64,000 bases of DNA, taken from the NCBI GenBank assembly GCA_038534095.1, contig JBCAXK010000003.1, forward strand, positions 1 through 64,000. The letters run 5' to 3'. The stretch's first letter is position 1. Every line of letters begins with the position of its first letter. The notes below the pieces were generated by a model that was given only the letters and a program-made list of their open reading frames with translations, searched no databases and was not told the origin of the DNA. This stretch comes from Chlamydiota bacterium (GTDB taxonomy: Bacteria; Chlamydiota; Chlamydiia; Chlamydiales; SM23-39). Below are positions 59,409-64,000 of the stretch, one piece after another. Both the position numbers and the translations under genes were made by a program.

Positions 59409-60865
59409 ACGATCAATGGGAAGCTATCATTGGGCTAGAAATCCACATTCAGCTCAACACAAAAACCAAACTCTTTTCCCCGGCTCCGAATGCTTTTGGG
59501 CAAGAACCGAATCAAAATATTAGCGTTATTTGCACGGGGCAACCAGGATCTTTGCCACTATTGAATCGAGAAGCGGTAAAAAAAGCAGTTCAGTTTGGTC
59601 TTGCCGTAGGAGCAAAGATTCAAAAACACAGCTCTTTTGATCGGAAGTCCTACTTTTATCCCGATTCTCCAAGGAATTTTCAAATCACCCAATTTTTCCA
59701 TCCTATCTTGCTAGGTGGTAGCGTCACGATTCAGCTAGAAAGTGAAGGCAAGGCTTTTGAAAAAGTGATCGACATCCAAAGCGCGCATTTAGAAGATGAT
59801 GCTGGAAATTTGCGCCACTTTTCTGCATTTAGCGGAGTCGATGACAATCGAGCGGGAGCTCCTCTTTTGGAAATTGTCTCAGAGCCTTGCCTCAGATCTG
59901 GTCAGGAAGCTGCTCTCTACGCCCAAGCCATTCGGTCCGTTTTTCAGTATTTAGAAGCCTCGGAAGGGAATCTGGACCAAGGCCAGATGCGCATGGACGC
60001 CAATATTTCTGTTCGGAGAAAAGGAGAAAGCTCTCTCCGGAATAAAGTAGAAATCAAAAATATGAACTCCTTTCATTTTTTAGAAATGGCGATTGAAGAG
60101 GAAACGACCCGGCAAATTGCCCTCTACGAAAAGGATCCTAACGCCATTATCCCCTCTTCGACCTGCCGGTTTGATCCAGCAACAAAAACAATCGCTGTTA
60201 TGCGGGTAAAAGAGTCAACAGGCGATTACAGGTACATGCCAGAGCCAGATATTCCTCCTGTTGTGATTGAAGACCTGTTCATTGAAGAGTTGCAACAATC
60301 TCTTCCAGAATTAGCGCCAGCGCGGAAAAAGCGGTATATCGAAACGATGAACCTTTCCCCAAGCAGCGCCTCTCTCCTTACGTTAGATAAAAAGCTTTCC
60401 GACTATTTCGAGCAAGCGCTTGCTTCGTGTAAATCTCCAAAAATGTTAGCGAACTGGATCACAGTAGAATTTGCAGGCAAACTAAAACCCTTGGGAAAAA
60501 CGCTTTTGCATACAAATATCCCCCCCGCCTCTTTAGGACAGCTGGTCCATTTGATTGAAACGGGAAAAATTACAGCGCGCATGGGCAAAGATATTGGAGA
60601 TGAGATGATCGAATATCCTAGGAAAACGCCGAAGGAAATCGTGGAGAACAACCCCAATTATGCGCCCATCGATGATCCAAAGGCTCTTTCTCCTTTAATC
60701 GATGCTATTCTCGAAGCAAACCCCCAATCGATCACCGATTTCAAACAAGGCCGCAAAAAAGCCTTTGCTTTTTTGGTAGGGCAAGTGATGAAAACAACCA
60801 AGGGAAAAGCGGACCCGAGTCTTGTGAGTCGCCTTATTGAGAAAAAACTTGACGCCAACCCTTAA
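59405..60865 (+). CDS. gatB: Asp/Glu-tRNA amidotransferase subunit B
   Basis: IGLEIHIQL, RKSYFYPD, HLEDDAG and DYRYMPEPD. Confidence 0.97.
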   Translation: MNDQWEAIIGLEIHIQLNTKTKLFSPAPNAFGQEPNQNISVICTGQPGSLPLLNREAVKKAVQFGLAVGAKIQKHSSFDRKSYFYPDSPRNFQITQFFHPILLGGSVTIQLESEGKAFEKVIDIQSAHLEDDAGNLRHFSAFSGVDDNRAGAPLLEIVSEPCLRSGQEAALYAQAIRSVFQYLEASEGNLDQGQMRMDANISVRRKGESSLRNKVEIKNMNSFHFLEMAIEEETTRQIALYEKDPNAIIPSSTCRFDPATKTIAVMRVKESTGDYRYMPEPDIPPVVIEDLFIEELQQSLPELAPARKKRYIETMNLSPSSASLLTLDKKLSDYFEQALASCKSPKMLANWITVEFAGKLKPLGKTLLHTNIPPASLGQLVHLIETGKITARMGKDIGDEMIEYPRKTPKEIVENNPNYAPIDDPKALSPLIDAILEANPQSITDFKQGRKKAFAFLVGQVMKTTKGKADPSLVSRLIEKKLDANP

Positions 60866-60966
60866 TCTTCACTAAAACCAGGTTGAGGAGGGCGTTTCTT
60901 GAATCACCTGGCTTTGAAGAATTGTTAGTCTATTCTCATAAAGACGGAAGTAGGCGCTTACGGGTG

Positions 60967-62376
60967 ATGGCTGTAAGCCTTTTCCTATCTACAATCTTGT
61001 CTGCTTGCGCCCAAACGCAAGCTGTTCTAGATCCTTATGCTTTGGCCCCCTGCCTCCCTAACGCTCTTTATGATCAAGAAACTGGGGGAAGCTCGCTCAT
61101 TTCCTCGAGCTATTTTCATACCTATTTGCCAAAAAACTACGATCAAGAGGAGCTCTCTTTAGCTGAGCTGATCGATATTGCTCTCTACAACAACCCGAAC
61201 ACCAAAATCTCATGGGCAGAAGCAAGGCAAAAAGCGGCTGTTTACGCGCAATCAAGTAGCGCGTATTTCCCTAAAATCGATGCAAACGCCATCTATCAAA
61301 GAGAGCGGGAAACATTTTCCCTATCGGAGAGTTTTACCATCCCCTACCTGCTAACAACAGCAGGACCAGAAATCAACCTTAGCTATACCCTGCTCGATTT
61401 TGGGAAAAGAAAGGCCTCCTCAGAATCGGCGTTGCAAGGCTTGATTTTTGCCGACTTATCCCACAACCGCACTTTACAACAATCGATCAAAGTAGTGATG
61501 GATGATTATTACAACTATCTTTTTGAAAAAGAGCGCCTTGTTGCTTCAGAAGCCGATCTAATGAACGCCCAAGAAACGCTCAAAGCAGCGCAGGACAAAG
61601 GAGCATTAGGGATTGTCGCAAGAGGAGATATTGCTCAAGCAAAAACGGCGTTCATTCAGGCAAAAATTGCTGTGATTCGTCAAAAACGGGCTGCATCTAT
61701 GAGTTTTTCTCAGCTAGCCAAAAATTTAGGCCTTCCAGCTAGCATCTGTTTTCAAGTGGAGCCTCTTCCTGAAAAAGTGACCACCTCCGAAGTGATCGAT
61801 GATGTCGAAGATTTGGTCGAGCGAGCACAAAACTGGCGCCCAGACTTGCAAGCAGCGCTTGTCGATTTGGCGCAAAAACGGGCCGATCTTTCTGGGGCCG
61901 AGGCCAATTACGCCCCAACCGTTTCTGCCAATTTTGATTTGGGAAAATATTGGTATGATCACCGGCAGGATGAAGATTACCATTGGACCTTCTTATTCAA
62001 ACTCGACTTCCCCCTATTTGAAGGGTTTTTGCGCAGAAATATCGTACGAGAAAAAAAAGCGGCTGTAGAAAAAAGCGCGGCGCAGCTTTTAGGCAAAGAG
62101 CTCTCAGTGATTGGGGAAGTACAAGATGCGTACACAGATTTTTTGTCAGCAAAAGAGTCGCTCCACTTTTCTGAGGAGTACCTGCTCGAAGCAGATATTC
62201 AGTTCGCCATTGCTTTAGAAAGCTACAGAACAGGAACAAATACGATTTTAGATCTGCTGTCTGCCCAAAGCGCGGTCGCTGACGCAAAAGCGAAATTGGC
62301 TGAGGCAAAAAAAAACTGGTACCAGGCCCTCGCGCTTGTGGCTTATAGCACTGGCGTTTTAGGTATGCCGACTTGA
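60967..62376 (+). CDS. TolC-family outer-membrane efflux lipoprotein (start uncertain)
   Basis: LSAC lipobox, LSLAELIDIAL.NNP, LLDFG, PLFEG and LDLLSAQ; first gene of an RND operon. Confidence 0.9.
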   Translation: MAVSLFLSTILSACAQTQAVLDPYALAPCLPNALYDQETGGSSLISSSYFHTYLPKNYDQEELSLAELIDIALYNNPNTKISWAEARQKAAVYAQSSSAYFPKIDANAIYQRERETFSLSESFTIPYLLTTAGPEINLSYTLLDFGKRKASSESALQGLIFADLSHNRTLQQSIKVVMDDYYNYLFEKERLVASEADLMNAQETLKAAQDKGALGIVARGDIAQAKTAFIQAKIAVIRQKRAASMSFSQLAKNLGLPASICFQVEPLPEKVTTSEVIDDVEDLVERAQNWRPDLQAALVDLAQKRADLSGAEANYAPTVSANFDLGKYWYDHRQDEDYHWTFLFKLDFPLFEGFLRRNIVREKKAAVEKSAAQLLGKELSVIGEVQDAYTDFLSAKESLHFSEEYLLEADIQFAIALESYRTGTNTILDLLSAQSAVADAKAKLAEAKKNWYQALALVAYSTGVLGMPT

Positions 62377-62396
62377 GAAACCCTGATGGAGCACTT

Positions 62397-63488
62397 ATGC
62401 AAAGATTGTTGATTCTCTTCTGTTTTCTTCTTGGCGCTTGCACAAAACCTGCTCCGATCAAACAATCCCCTTCCTATCCTGTCCGGGCAGAAAAAGTTCT
62501 GAAAAAAGATGTCCCTATCTACTTGGAGACTATTGGGAATGTGGAGCCTACCATCCATGTGAATATTACCTCAAGGGTGCAGGGAGAAATTACAGGAGTC
62601 TACTTTGAGGAGGGGCAAGAGGTGGACCAGGGAGACCTGCTCTTCACCATCGATCCTAGAACTTTTGAAGCTTCGCTACGAAAAGCAGAAGGAGAGGCGC
62701 AAGAATACGCCGCTAAGCTTGATATCGCCCGGGAAAAAGTCCTCCGATTTTCCCCTCTTGCCGAAGAGGACTATTACGCAAAAATCCAATTTGATGAGCT
62801 CAAAAGTAACCTGCATGCTTTGGAGGGTTCCTATTTACAAGCAAAAGCGTCGGTCGATTCTGCAAAAGTCGAACTAGGCTACTGCTGGATCTACTCCCCT
62901 TTGAAGGGGAGAACGGGGATCTTGCAAGTCGATCAAGGAAATATCCTCCCAGGAACAGAAAAAGAGACGCTTGTCAGCGTGAATCAAATCCGCCCCACTT
63001 ACGTCACCTTTTTCTTCCCAGAAAAATATCTTTCTGAAATCCAACGTTTTAAAAAGAGCTCTTCGTGCCTACAAACCGTGGTGAGCCGGGATGGATTTCG
63101 CCAGGATTTCTTGTATGGAAAGCTCGAAATGCTTGATAACACTATTGATACAGACACAGGAACGATCACCTTAAAAGCGATTTTTCCCAACGAACAAGAG
63201 GCGTTATGGCCTGGGCAATACGTACAAGTGCGCCTCATTTTATACGTAGAAAAAGAAGCTTTGTTACTCCCCTACTCTGCCATTCATTACGATAGTCAAG
63301 GAGCCTTTGCTTTCATGATTTCCCACGAAGAGACCATTAGCAAGCGGTATTTGCACCTAGGGAAACGTATTGGGGATGAGGTGATCGTGGAGAAAGGGGC
63401 ACAAGACGGTGAGCTGGCTGTCACTTTAGGAGGACAAAATCTTTTTACAGGAGCTAAGGTCTCTATGGAAAAGGGGGATCGCTCTTGA
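62397..63488 (+). CDS. RND efflux periplasmic adaptor (MdtA-like)
   Basis: LGAC lipobox, EGQEVDQGDLLFTIDP, IYSPLKG and LWPGQYV. Confidence 0.92.
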   Translation: MQRLLILFCFLLGACTKPAPIKQSPSYPVRAEKVLKKDVPIYLETIGNVEPTIHVNITSRVQGEITGVYFEEGQEVDQGDLLFTIDPRTFEASLRKAEGEAQEYAAKLDIAREKVLRFSPLAEEDYYAKIQFDELKSNLHALEGSYLQAKASVDSAKVELGYCWIYSPLKGRTGILQVDQGNILPGTEKETLVSVNQIRPTYVTFFFPEKYLSEIQRFKKSSSCLQTVVSRDGFRQDFLYGKLEMLDNTIDTDTGTITLKAIFPNEQEALWPGQYVQVRLILYVEKEALLLPYSAIHYDSQGAFAFMISHEETISKRYLHLGKRIGDEVIVEKGAQDGELAVTLGGQNLFTGAKVSMEKGDRS

Positions 63489-64000
63489 ACCTATCGAAAC
63501 CCTTTGTTGAGCGGCCCGTGATGACCAGTCTCGTCATGATCGCAGCCGCAATTTTTGGTCTTTTTGCTTACAGATTTCTTCCCGTATCGGATTTACCCGA
63601 CGTAGAGTTTCCCACCATCACTGTGAGCGTATCTTACCCGGGAGCGAGCCCAGAAACAATCGCCGCTACTTGCGCAGTTCCACTAGAAAGAGAATTTTTA
63701 ACCATCGATGGTTTGGAGATGCTCTTTTCCAATAACATCACCGGGACATCGACCCTAGTCCTACAATTCTCCTTGAGTAAATCGATGGACACAGCCTCTT
63801 TAGATGTGCAAGCAGCAATCAATCGAGCTCTTCCAAAACTGCCTTCAGATCTTCCCTACAATCCCACTTACAAAAAAATCAACCCGGCGCAAACACCGAT
63901 CTTATACATTGCTGTGACTTCAGAAGCCATGGATCAGCAAGAACTCTATGATTACGGCAACACCTATATTGGGCAGCGTTTGAGTACGATCGAAGGGGTA
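63485..64000 (+). CDS. RND efflux permease (MdtB/C-like), truncated by the window end; absent from the ORF track
   Basis: TTG start overlapping the adaptor stop; PFVERPVMT, LPVSDLPDVEFPTI and YPGASPE. Confidence 0.92.
   Translation, partial: MNLSKPFVERPVMTSLVMIAAAIFGLFAYRFLPVSDLPDVEFPTITVSVSYPGASPETIAATCAVPLEREFLTIDGLEMLFSNNITGTSTLVLQFSLSKSMDTASLDVQAAINRALPKLPSDLPYNPTYKKINPAQTPILYIAVTSEAMDQQELYDYGNTYIGQRLSTIEGV

Noticed and set aside
60967..64000. RND efflux operon as a novel system
   Set aside because: It is a canonical TolC-adaptor-permease arrangement.

Overview
This is a 64-kb core-genome segment of an environmental chlamydia (phylum Chlamydiota, not Chlamydiaceae). The assignment rests on gene order I recall from C. 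trachomatis: NTT/HEAT protein-cNMP protein-acpP-fabG-fabD-fabH-recR-bamA-skp-lpxD-pdh; dnaQ...msbA-accA-[L,D-transpeptidase]-ihf; pepF/groES-groEL; acpS/trxB; gatCAB. Housekeeping blocks alternate with orphan, effector-like genes and many fossil insertion-sequence scars: ISAs1 ends and transposase fragments at four sites, one IS481 and one IS1634 fragment. No intact mobile element, rRNA, tRNA or CRISPR array was seen. Best candidates for new biology: (1) a coupled three-gene module of an NTT-like transporter-HEAT fusion, a stand-alone cNMP-binding protein and a membrane HAMP protein whose SpoIIE/PP2C domain has lost its catalytic aspartates; (2) a signal-peptide-bearing, circularly permuted D-amino-acid oxidase between IS scars; (3) an EarP/GT-B-like orphan with a small coupled partner; (4) orphan effector-like genes, an unannotated 51-aa lipoprotein and an amber-interrupted ORF. 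All family calls come from motif recognition by eye; no searches were run.
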